From a virus: 64,000 bases of DNA. A model generated the notes under the pieces. It was given only the letters and a program-made list of their open reading frames with translations. It did not search any database and had not been told where the DNA came from. The position numbers were made by a program, and so were the translations under genes. Positions 39,283 through 47,636 of this stretch are shown piece after piece. The DNA is taken from IMG/VR virus record IMGVR_UViG_3300040816_000831; one strand, 5' to 3'. Position 1 is the stretch's first letter, and each line of letters begins with the position of its first letter.

Positions 39283-40816
39283 CAGCTGCCTCACATATCT
39301 CTATAGATGTTTTAACGGCTTTATCTGCATGGTTACTACATGGTAATGGGGCGTTCCAAAATGCCATAATACAATCACCCATAAATTTATCTATTGTTCC
39401 GCCATTCTTAAGAACAATCTTTGTCATTGTATCTAAATAATTATTTATAAGAATTACTAATCCTTCTGGGTCATCATTGTTTTTATAATGCTCAGATATT
39501 GGAGTGAATCCACATATATCCATAAACATAAAGGTCATTTCTTTTCTTTCACCACCAAGCTTGAGTAATGATGGGTCTTTTTGTAATTGCTTAACTAAGT
39601 CAGGAGACACATATGTACCAAATTGTTTCTTTATTTGTTGTCTTAATTTAAATTGAATATAAAAGTTATTGAAACTCGCTGAGGTGAGTAAAAGTATATA
39701 TATTATTAGAGTAGCTGATAAATCGAGGAGTATAGAAAATTCGTACCAGGCGTAGTAAGAAGCAAGACCAGATAAGAACGCAGAGGCGACGAAGAATACA
39801 GCACCAATCCAAATCGGCAAATAGTAAACCGATAGAACAATTAAAAGAGAGCCCAGAACAATCATCCCCAACTCAACCATAAATGTCCATTGTGGTCTTG
39901 ATATTGGTTTATCTGATATTATTGTCTGTAAAGCGTTTGCTTGTATTTCATGGGGATATAATAAACCAGCTGGTGTAGATACCTGAGGAACAATACCTTT
40001 TGCTGTGACTCCTATAATGGCTGTCTTTCCTTTTAAATCTGGTAAAGGTTGTCCATCATAATCAATCGATTCGAAATGAGTATTCCATTTTAACCATATA
40101 CTTCCTCTTTCATCTGTTGGTATTATAAAAGGTCTTAATATAATACTTTCAATTCCTGTTTCATTTAATTTAATTGTATATGATTTTTTATCTTGCATTG
40201 CACGTACTGTTTCTAATGCAAATGATGGATATAAATCTCCATTAACTTGAGATAATAACGGTATTCTTCTTGTTAAGTTATCTACTTCAGGAGCTCCGTT
40301 TAATAATCCTGCGCCCCAAGCATTCGATTCAAGAGAATCAATATTAGTAATTAAACCTCCATAACGATAAGTTAAATCTAATACATCACCACTATATCCA
40401 AATGTTGCATATCCTACATAAGGAGCTTTTTTTGACCTACCATTAGCATCTGCGTCTTGTGATAATATAATACCATTATCTTTTATCCAAGATGCAAAAA
40501 CTTCATCTCCACCAAACCTATCTGCTTCTGGAAACATAATAGTGAACCCTATCATACCAGCATTCGAGTTTCTTAAATCAGATATCACCGCTGCGTGATT
40601 CTGACGTGGCCAAGGGTATTGTCCATAGGCTTCGAGTGAAGACTCGGATATATTAATCAACACTATATCGTTTGAATGTTCTACTGGAATTGATTGTATA
40701 TATTGGTCGAATATACTGAGTCTAAATTGTTCTAATATCTGTGGGTCTGCAATCCGTATAACACAAAGTGTAATACCTAATAGAATTGTAGTCCATATTG
40801 AAGTTAAATATTTCAT
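38978..40816 (-). CDS. CHASE2-domain class III adenylate cyclase
   Basis: N-terminal TM, CHASE2 (GQYPWPR..A, F.E.DR..GD..FA, D...RRIPL), three TMs, cyclase motifs FMDICGFT, IDKFMGD, DYSVIGDAVNLGARLEG. Confidence 0.93.
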   Translation of the reverse strand: MKYLTSIWTTILLGITLCVIRIADPQILEQFRLSIFDQYIQSIPVEHSNDIVLINISESSLEAYGQYPWPRQNHAAVISDLRNSNAGMIGFTIMFPEADRFGGDEVFASWIKDNGIILSQDADANGRSKKAPYVGYATFGYSGDVLDLTYRYGGLITNIDSLESNAWGAGLLNGAPEVDNLTRRIPLLSQVNGDLYPSFALETVRAMQDKKSYTIKLNETGIESIILRPFIIPTDERGSIWLKWNTHFESIDYDGQPLPDLKGKTAIIGVTAKGIVPQVSTPAGLLYPHEIQANALQTIISDKPISRPQWTFMVELGMIVLGSLLIVLSVYYLPIWIGAVFFVASAFLSGLASYYAWYEFSILLDLSATLIIYILLLTSASFNNFYIQFKLRQQIKKQFGTYVSPDLVKQLQKDPSLLKLGGERKEMTFMFMDICGFTPISEHYKNNDDPEGLVILINNYLDTMTKIVLKNGGTIDKFMGDCIMAFWNAPLPCSNHADKAVKTSIEICEAADELIQQLEDQGLPRIDIGIGINTGTCIVGNMGSESRFDYSVIGDAVNLGARLEGQTRNYDGIRVLLGPETYRSCTSREFAEVDRILVKGKSEKVTIYTPAI

Positions 40817-40828
40817 AAAAGTGTTATA

Positions 40829-41140
40829 CTAAAACTGTACTGAGATACCACATCCACATGCTGATTTTTCAGCTGGATTAATTATTTTGAATTGCTCTTG
40901 TATTCCTTCGACGACGTAATCTAAGGTTGCCTTTTCAAGGTATGGCATGGAGAGGTCATCGATGAGAATGTGGAAGGAACCGTAGTCAAACACATGGTCG
41001 TTACCATTAATTTCGGATTCGTAAGCAAATATATATTCGAACCCAGCACAACCACCGCCAGTAAGACCAATCCTAATTTTATCCCGTTTTGCATTAGTTT
41101 TTGATATAAGTTTTTCAATTGCTGCATTTGTTATTTCCAT
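40829..41140 (-). CDS. iscA: A-type Fe-S carrier IscA/HesB
   Basis: GGGCAGFEY, LDY, F...NP.....CGCG.S. Confidence 0.92.
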   Translation of the reverse strand: MEITNAAIEKLISKTNAKRDKIRIGLTGGGCAGFEYIFAYESEINGNDHVFDYGSFHILIDDLSMPYLEKATLDYVVEGIQEQFKIINPAEKSACGCGISVQF

Positions 41141-41802
41141 TATGATATTGTAAATGTATGGTCTTTATTTTGATAGCTATCTCTTAATGTCCAATCACTA
41201 TTTTCTGATTTTATCCAATCAATATCAAAGAATGATAATTGGCCTTCAGTGTTTCCACCTAAAACAGTATCATATATAAATGTTTCACCATTTATCCAAT
41301 ACATATAATTATTAAAATCTTGTATAGTATCTGTTATATTAAATACATTCTTAACATCGTTTGTTATTTTTTCTTTTGAATACAAATTAAATATTAATTG
41401 ACCACCATCATTTAATAATGTTTTTAATTCTGTAATTGATTTTAAAATATATTCATAACTACAATGTGTAAAAATATTATGAGCAAATATAATATCATAT
41501 TTTGCTCCTATATGAGTAAAGTTTATTTTTTTATTACCTTCTGAATTATAAGATGGATGATATGCATTTAAACAAATAAAATTTTGACTTGGGTATAATC
41601 CTTTTAAGTCTTGTATAAATTCTTCTTGCACATCTACACCGGTGTATGTACAGTTTAAATCATCTGGAAATGATTTTATTAAATTGCCTGTATTACATCC
41701 AACATCTAATAATGTTTTTCCTTCAGCATCTACTTTAAGACAATGTTCATATAAATATTTTTTTCCTTGTGTACTTACTTTAAATCCTTTATCTTTAATC
41801 AT
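41140..41802 (-). CDS. Class I SAM-dependent methyltransferase
   Basis: LLDVGCNTG, YTGVD, YDIIFA..IFTH, L..GG. Confidence 0.85.
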   Translation of the reverse strand: MIKDKGFKVSTQGKKYLYEHCLKVDAEGKTLLDVGCNTGNLIKSFPDDLNCTYTGVDVQEEFIQDLKGLYPSQNFICLNAYHPSYNSEGNKKINFTHIGAKYDIIFAHNIFTHCSYEYILKSITELKTLLNDGGQLIFNLYSKEKITNDVKNVFNITDTIQDFNNYMYWINGETFIYDTVLGGNTEGQLSFFDIDWIKSENSDWTLRDSYQNKDHTFTIS

Positions 41803-42251
41803 TCTGCTTCTCCGTACCAGTTCCACCTTCCATTTTCTGGTGGATTATTATGTCCTATCATTGAATCAGGTTCCCAATTTTCTATAGCTTTTTTAATTGC
41901 TTCTTCTGCTAAAACTGAACAATGTAATTTTATTGGAGGTAATTGAAGAGCATCAGCAATATCTTTATCTTTTATTTGTTTTGCTTCTTCAATAGTTTTA
42001 CCTTTTAACATTTCTACAAACATTGTACTTGATGCAATTGCTGAACCACAGCCATAAGTTTTGAACTTGACATCTTCTATGACATCTCCTTTCATTTTTA
42101 AATCTAATTTCATTACATCACCACAGGCTGGAGCACCAACCATTCCTGTTATAACTGTTTTATCATTAGGGTCAAATCTTCCAACAGAATGTTTAGCTGG
42201 ATTTGCCAATACTGATTCGAACCTATCTACTACTTCTTTACTATATGCCAT
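41799..42251 (-). CDS. iscU: Fe-S scaffold IscU
   Basis: GAPACGDVM, KFKTYGCGSAIASS, LPPIKLHCSVLAE. Confidence 0.95.
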   Translation of the reverse strand: MAYSKEVVDRFESVLANPAKHSVGRFDPNDKTVITGMVGAPACGDVMKLDLKMKGDVIEDVKFKTYGCGSAIASSTMFVEMLKGKTIEEAKQIKDKDIADALQLPPIKLHCSVLAEEAIKKAIENWEPDSMIGHNNPPENGRWNWYGEAE

Positions 42252-42901
42252 TAATTACCTTGTGTTACTGATACTGAACAACCACCAACTGTATTACAAT
42301 TTTGTGTAAGTGAATATGCTTGATTTGTAGTACCTTGCTGTAGTAAATTTAAAGTTGTTTCTTCTGTTCCTTGAAGAACAACCTGTGCGTTATGATTTGC
42401 ATTACCCTTTTGCATGACATTTGCTATTGAACCGTCTGAAGTTCCATAAAAATAAACATGTGCATAATGACTACCAGTTCCTTCTTGCCATAAATCAACT
42501 TCTACATCGGCAACATGAACGTCCATATTAAATGTATGAGTTCCGTTTTGATATACATCAATAGTGTTATCATTATCCCATATATGTCTTCCGTATGTAG
42601 CACCACCACTTTGGTCAACATTTTCTACATTACCGGTACCATCTACATCACCACCCCAGGCTTTACCTGACCCCCAATAAGAAACCCAACCAATATAATT
42701 GTCATTACCTGTTTGATTAAAATTAAAGGTATTATTTGCATGGTCAAATGAAAAATTAATTTCATTACCAAATCCTATTTGAGATATAGTTAAATCTAAA
42801 TTATCACCACCTGAAAGTTGTTCAATGTGAATATGATTATCATCAGTAGGTCCAGCATATAACATTGATGCTAAAAAATATAATGGTAATAACTTATACA
42901 T
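42251..42901 (-). CDS. Curlin-like secreted beta-solenoid protein
   Basis: Signal peptide, then repeated hydrophobic-x-Q-x-G-x-x-N/H strands. Confidence 0.75.
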   Translation of the reverse strand: MYKLLPLYFLASMLYAGPTDDNHIHIEQLSGGDNLDLTISQIGFGNEINFSFDHANNTFNFNQTGNDNYIGWVSYWGSGKAWGGDVDGTGNVENVDQSGGATYGRHIWDNDNTIDVYQNGTHTFNMDVHVADVEVDLWQEGTGSHYAHVYFYGTSDGSIANVMQKGNANHNAQVVLQGTEETTLNLLQQGTTNQAYSLTQNCNTVGGCSVSVTQGN

Positions 42902-43018
42902 TTTTAATGCATTTCTCTGGATGCCAAGGCGCTATCCAGTACTTATATATTATTCTTTTTATTTGCGTAAACATATATTGTCTTTTTTCCAGTTGTGTAA
43001 ACTGAAACTAATAATTTC

Positions 43019-44176
43019 TTAGTTTCCTTGGTTGATGAAGATTTCAATTCCTTCTCCGCTTCCAAATGTTATTATTCCTTGGTAACCTTCCACATTTGTA
43101 TTTATAAATCCGTTACCACCAGATGCTATAGTTATATTTATAACACCATTAACTGTTCTATATAAAATTAAATTACCGTCTTCTTCAAAGATATTATATT
43201 GTGAATCCTTATTTAATCCAAAGTTACCGCCTTTTAATACCCAACCAGCACTTGAATCTCCACCTGCTTGAGCATCATCTAATGTTGCAGTTGTTCTTAC
43301 TAATTCCTCAACTACATCCAAAAGGTCTGGTAAAAAATCTCCAGCTAATGCATCGTAATTTAATCTATCTCTTGCATCGTAATCTTCATCTAAATAATCT
43401 TCTATATCTTTCTCCAATTCATTATATTCAAGGTAATCAATATCAAGTATTCCTTGGTCATCATCTAAATCATTCTGTACTTGTTCTTCAATCGCTTCTT
43501 TTACTTCTTGTGGAGGATTAACAATAAACATATTATCAATCATTGACGGAGTAATACCATTAATTTGTATAGGATTGGTTGGTATTTTATCCAATGATGA
43601 TACCATTGTTGCTTGGTAGGCTTGATTTAAAGTAATTGTACCACCTAAATTTGTTACTGTTATTTCACCTGATGGATTACCATATTGGTCAGGTAATAAA
43701 ACAATTAAGCTTCTACCTAATTCATCAATGGTTGTTGTAAAATCTGTTCCACGAATACCAATTGTGGCTGTAGGCGTTTGTATATCAATGTTTGCTTTAT
43801 TAATTAAACCAAGAGAACCTGAAGCAAATCTTGCTGTTCCCATAGTAAACTTCATTGACATTTTGGATAATGATGGGTCAGGGTCATAATATATTTCGTC
43901 TATTAATACCTCTGTATGTTCTTTTAAATCCAATTGAGCATTATCCAAAAACTCAATTTTCATTTTACCATTTGCTGTTTCTGCAATATCGTTTAGTTCT
44001 ACAGCTGGCATATACGCGCCAGATACTGTAATCTCTTCTTTATCTCTTATAATTTGACCTGAACCGGTCTGTTCAATCACTTCGCCGATGGGGTCGGCTA
44101 AGACCCCACCGATGAATAACAAATTAAGAATCGCTAGATGAATCTTTTTGATTGATTTGAATTGTTGCATTATCAC
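43019..44176 (-). CDS. Exported FecR-domain protein
   Basis: Signal-like N-terminus; ET..G...I.F.D...L.L..HT, I.TPTATIGIRGTDF; acidic C-terminal half. Confidence 0.85.
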   Translation of the reverse strand: MIMQQFKSIKKIHLAILNLLFIGGVLADPIGEVIEQTGSGQIIRDKEEITVSGAYMPAVELNDIAETANGKMKIEFLDNAQLDLKEHTEVLIDEIYYDPDPSLSKMSMKFTMGTARFASGSLGLINKANIDIQTPTATIGIRGTDFTTTIDELGRSLIVLLPDQYGNPSGEITVTNLGGTITLNQAYQATMVSSLDKIPTNPIQINGITPSMIDNMFIVNPPQEVKEAIEEQVQNDLDDDQGILDIDYLEYNELEKDIEDYLDEDYDARDRLNYDALAGDFLPDLLDVVEELVRTTATLDDAQAGGDSSAGWVLKGGNFGLNKDSQYNIFEEDGNLILYRTVNGVINITIASGGNGFINTNVEGYQGIITFGSGEGIEIFINQGN

Positions 44177-44864
44177 TTGTAATATCCAAAGTTATTATTG
44201 CATTTGGTGAAACACATGCAACATCGTTACCTGCACAAGTACCAGATATTTGATTAATATCAATATCAGCACTATCACCATTTAATTCAACGGTCATTTC
44301 ATTAGCACCATCAGATTGTAATGTATTGATGTTATTAGAACTACCGGTTATGTCCCAATTCCATACAACGTCATCACTCTCCCAATCAACATCAAAGATG
44401 TTGTTGCTACCAATGAGTATTAAATCCGCATCCAATCTTTCTGCACTGTAAACATAACCTTGGTCTAAGTCAAAAGTATTACTACTTCCTGTTACGTCAA
44501 AGTTTATGTCTGAACTATCAGCACTTCCGATATATCCAATGTTCCAATCTATTTCGTTTGAATCGCCTGCAAAATCAAGCTTATAAGTTGAGCTATCTGC
44601 TACAACTGGTCCAAATAAAATATTTTGGTTCCCTGTGAAGTCCAAATCAAAGTTTAAGCTGGAACCTGTAATAGACATAGCTGAGCTACTTGATGAAAAA
44701 TCATCTCCGCCTATTTTGTTACCAAACCCTAATTGGTCTATATACAAACTGAGTGTATCACCAGATTGTAATATATTAACTTCGTTATCATCAGTGGCTT
44801 GTGCAAAAACGAATCCAGTCGACACTAATAGTCCAGATAGGACCACACTATATAGTTTATTCAT
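44124..44864 (-). CDS. Curlin-like secreted beta-solenoid protein
   Basis: Signal peptide MNKLYSVVLSGLLVSTGFVFA; repeats such as IDQLGFGN, FDVTGSSN, WDITGSSNN. Confidence 0.75.
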   Translation of the reverse strand: MNKLYSVVLSGLLVSTGFVFAQATDDNEVNILQSGDTLSLYIDQLGFGNKIGGDDFSSSSSAMSITGSSLNFDLDFTGNQNILFGPVVADSSTYKLDFAGDSNEIDWNIGYIGSADSSDINFDVTGSSNTFDLDQGYVYSAERLDADLILIGSNNIFDVDWESDDVVWNWDITGSSNNINTLQSDGANEMTVELNGDSADIDINQISGTCAGNDVACVSPNAIITLDITSDNATIQINQKDSSSDS

Positions 44865-45774
44865 TTTCGTTATACCCCTCGATTTCCCAATAACCACGTC
44901 TGTGGCCTTGGTAGATTAATTCCAGTACTCCAGCCTCAATGGCTGTTCGCACTGCGTAAGTCACCGACTCATTATTTCCAAGTCCGTCTTCAAACTCTAC
45001 TAATTGTGTTCCTTCTTCAATGTATTTAAATACATCGCCTCCAGTACCATAACTAAATACAGTTTTTCGAGTTTGTACATTTAATAATACTTCACCTGTT
45101 AGAACCGAAATGGCTCTCATACTTATTGTGACAACATCTTGACGATATTGTCTACTTACACCAACACCAAGAGTTCGTGCGCCTCGGCCTCCTGATTTAA
45201 TGTCAGTATCATAACCAATAATACCACCTTCAATAATTATTCCTGCGAATAAAAGTGGATTCAATTCTTGATATTTTTCTTGACCTTGCTTTTTAGCAAC
45301 ATCTTGTCTTGCACTTCGAATGATTTGTCGTTCTCTTACTAAATGGTCTATACCATTTCTTTCAACAACACGGAACCATGAATTTTGACCTGCAGTTTTT
45401 AAAGCATCAACTACCATTTCAACTCCACCTTGAGTTACGGCTGTTGAAAAATCTGCAATACCAGGTCTTGCTTTTCTTTGACCTGTTTTGTCTGTGAATT
45501 GATATACTGCAACCACTGGCATTTCTTTTGCTGGTGGTATTTCTAATAATTCAATATAGGAAGGCATTCTTACAACCTCTGGATTTTCTACACAAATATA
45601 TGGCATTGCTTTGGTAAAGATTCTACCAGATGCCTTTGCATAATTCCATACATCGTGGTTATATTCTGGTCCCCACATATTAGGATTACAATTTTGTGGT
45701 AATTCAGACCATTTTGGAACTGCTGCGCAACCTTGTAATAGTAATATTGCAGTTAAAAGATATTTAACCACCAT
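44857..45774 (-). CDS. csgG: Curli secretion channel CsgG (lipoprotein)
   Basis: Lipobox LLQGC; VAVY.F.DKTGQRK, FSTAVTQG, WF.VVER.G...L..ERQIIR, EGGIIGYD, G.GAR.LG.G...QYR.D.VT. Confidence 0.93.
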   Translation of the reverse strand: MVVKYLLTAILLLQGCAAVPKWSELPQNCNPNMWGPEYNHDVWNYAKASGRIFTKAMPYICVENPEVVRMPSYIELLEIPPAKEMPVVAVYQFTDKTGQRKARPGIADFSTAVTQGGVEMVVDALKTAGQNSWFRVVERNGIDHLVRERQIIRSARQDVAKKQGQEKYQELNPLLFAGIIIEGGIIGYDTDIKSGGRGARTLGVGVSRQYRQDVVTISMRAISVLTGEVLLNVQTRKTVFSYGTGGDVFKYIEEGTQLVEFEDGLGNNESVTYAVRTAIEAGVLELIYQGHRRGYWEIEGYNENE

Positions 45775-46306
45775 CACCACCTGTGCCAGTATCAGGGTCT
45801 TGACCAAAATTGCCTGTTCCTACTGGTATTTCTATAACTGTTGTTGTACCTTCAGTATCAACAATTGTCATTTTAATAACATCAGTTCCTTCAGCATTAG
45901 TTATAACTTCCCATGTTATGATACTACCTTCAAGTGCAAATGAACCAAAGTTTGATGCAGTATCATTACTGAACATTGATTCAACTAATTGTTTTGATAA
46001 TTGAGCATAAATTCTACTTTCTAAGTTTCGAATAAACTTTGCAAGTGTTGTGTTTTCAGCTTCTCTTTGAGCGGCTTTTGCAGCAGAATCTAAAGCTTCT
46101 TGGATTGCTTTCTTTCTGCTATGTTCTTGGTTTTCAATAGTAAGATAGTGTGCACCTGTTCCTACACCACTGAATGATGGATTTTTAAATTCGTGCACGA
46201 TTGGAGATGCATTGGTATCTGGCGATACAGCCATAAGAGAAATTATGAATAAACTAGCTAGAGTTATTATTTCTGCTTGTTCTTTTATTTTTGTTTTTCT
46301 GCTCAT
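45764..46306 (-). CDS. csgF: Curli assembly protein CsgF
   Basis: Signal peptide then V.EFKNPSFSG......L...Q; F..NLESRIYAQLS.QL; adjacent to csgG. Confidence 0.85.
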   Translation of the reverse strand: MSRKTKIKEQAEIITLASLFIISLMAVSPDTNASPIVHEFKNPSFSGVGTGAHYLTIENQEHSRKKAIQEALDSAAKAAQREAENTTLAKFIRNLESRIYAQLSKQLVESMFSNDTASNFGSFALEGSIITWEVITNAEGTDVIKMTIVDTEGTTTVIEIPVGTGNFGQDPDTGTGGDGG

Positions 46307-46544
46307 TTTCTTTATATTCCAATACTGTATCAACTTTTTGTTGAAGTCTGATTAAATCCTGGTCAAGCATTCTCATTTGGTCAATTACTTTTATTAACTG
46401 GAAATGCATTTTTTCTATTGCTGGGTCTATATGTTCATTTATAAAACTATAAACAAAATATACAAAATACCCCAATCCTATTACCATAACTGTTGGAAAA
46501 CCATAATCAGCTACCAACTGAGCCACTGTACCCATTTCTTCCAT
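46254..46544 (-). CDS. Small N-terminal-TM coiled-coil protein (holin/YvrJ-like)
   Basis: LVADYGFPTVMVIGLGYFVYFV then heptads. Confidence 0.7.
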   Translation of the reverse strand: MEEMGTVAQLVADYGFPTVMVIGLGYFVYFVYSFINEHIDPAIEKMHFQLIKVIDQMRMLDQDLIRLQQKVDTVLEYKENEQKNKNKRTSRNNNSS

Positions 46545-46545
46545 A

Positions 46546-46842
46546 TTAATCTCTTCTTACATCAAGCTTGCCGTCTTCAATGAAATTTTCTGCTCTTGCA
46601 ATTCTTTCAATGTCAGGTCTTAATTCTAATGCACTACTTACTAATAAATCTATTTTTATCATTTCGTTACTCATTGTTCGTGCTCTATTCTCTAGAGATT
46701 CACAAAACATAGTAAGTGTGCTTATATCATCAACTATTCCTTCAAAGATTTGTTTTATAATGATGAATATAAAATATCCCATTGCTAAAGCTCCTGCAAT
46801 AGGTAGCCCCAAATCTTGTAAAATAACTAATGCTTCTTCCAT
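46546..46842 (-). CDS. Small N-terminal-TM coiled-coil protein, paralogue of its neighbour
   Basis: ILQDLGLPIAGALAMGYFIFII then heptads. Confidence 0.7.
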   Translation of the reverse strand: MEEALVILQDLGLPIAGALAMGYFIFIIIKQIFEGIVDDISTLTMFCESLENRARTMSNEMIKIDLLVSSALELRPDIERIARAENFIEDGKLDVRRD

Positions 46843-46843
46843 C

Positions 46844-47095
46844 TTACCAGCTAGAAGCTACTTTAACTGCTAGCGATGTTGCTGCTCCTGTAAGAGTATC
46901 TGTAGATGTTTTTTTAACTAATTCAACTGAATTAGCTGTCATTGTAAATGTACCAATTGTAGTACCACCAGCATTTTTTAATGTAATAAGCTGTACACTT
47001 GCTGAATTATTTACAATTCTCACAAGAGTAGCAAATCCAAGATTAGTTGCTGAAGCTAAATTTGCTTCGGTACCTTTTAATTTGACTGCTGCCAT
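46844..47095 (-). CDS. Small late beta-rich protein, probably virion-associated
   Basis: 83 aa, GAGGA RBS, late promoter upstream. Confidence 0.7.
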   Translation of the reverse strand: MAAVKLKGTEANLASATNLGFATLVRIVNNSASVQLITLKNAGGTTIGTFTMTANSVELVKKTSTDTLTGAATSLAVKVASSW

Positions 47096-47130
47096 TATTA
47101 TATCCTCTAATTATAATTATTATATACAGT

Positions 47131-47138
47131 TATTTATA
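47131..47138 (-). promoter_or_regulatory. Late promoter heading the curli/cyclase operon
   Basis: TATAAATA just downstream of a terminator. Confidence 0.7.
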
Positions 47139-47159
47139 AGACTTAGCATGCTAAGATAC

Positions 47160-47190
47160 AAAAAAAGGGAGCAATGAGCTCCCTTCTTTT
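47160..47190. terminator. Intrinsic terminator, possibly bidirectional
   Basis: AAGGGAGC-aatga-GCTCCCTT flanked by A and T runs. Confidence 0.85.
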
Positions 47191-47200
47191 TAAAAACAAT

Positions 47201-47443
47201 CTACTTTTTAGCAGCTGTTTTCTTTGGTCTACCTTTTTTAGCCGGTGCTTTTTTAGCTACTGGCTTTTTAGCGGCAGGTTTTTTTCTTGGCTTATGCTTT
47301 GGTGTCTTACCATCTACATAAGCTTCATTTACTTTAGGTGTTGATTTATCATCAGCAACATAATGTCCCTTAGAATTTCTAGCTCTTACGCCAGAAGCTT
47401 CAGGTTCAGTATTATCAAAAAGTCTTTTCAACCAATTAAACAT
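47201..47443 (-). CDS. Small protein with Lys/Ala/Pro-rich histone-like tail
   Basis: RARNSKG.YVADD.STP.VNEAY motif, KKPAAKK repeats; late promoter at 47464-47471. Confidence 0.75.
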   Translation of the reverse strand: MFNWLKRLFDNTEPEASGVRARNSKGHYVADDKSTPKVNEAYVDGKTPKHKPRKKPAAKKPVAKKAPAKKGRPKKTAAKK

Positions 47444-47453
47444 ATTTCCTCCA

Positions 47454-47636
47454 TTATTTTATATATTTATAATTAATAAACTCTTCCCAACGGAAGTAGT
47501 CTTTTCTCTCATGACACCAAAACCAACCTTTATTAGCCTTTATATCTCCTCGAGTCTTTTCATTAGCCTCTCGGCTCTGTTTGTTACTTGCTTGTACCAT
47601 CTTGAATCTCTGCCCTCTTTTGCAGCTTCTTTCCAA
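47454..47636 (-). CDS. Small protein overlapping the lysozyme 3' end
   Basis: C-terminal KGWFWCHERKDYFRWEEF fills the gap; start uncertain. Confidence 0.45.
   Translation of the reverse strand: MERSCKRGQRFKMVQASNKQSREANEKTRGDIKANKGWFWCHERKDYFRWEEFINYKYIK

Noticed and set aside
39680-39880. A-poor, GC-richer patch in the cyclase TM region as another overprinted gene
   Set aside because: The alternative frames are open only briefly and lack a convincing start or RBS
42895-42975. 26-aa ORF before the 216-aa curlin
   Set aside because: Too short and no clear RBS; cannot be told from chance or a frameshifted leader without homologues
47142-47155. Palindrome CTTAGCATGCTAAG beside the late promoter
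   Set aside because: Single copy, with no second instance noticed to support an operator
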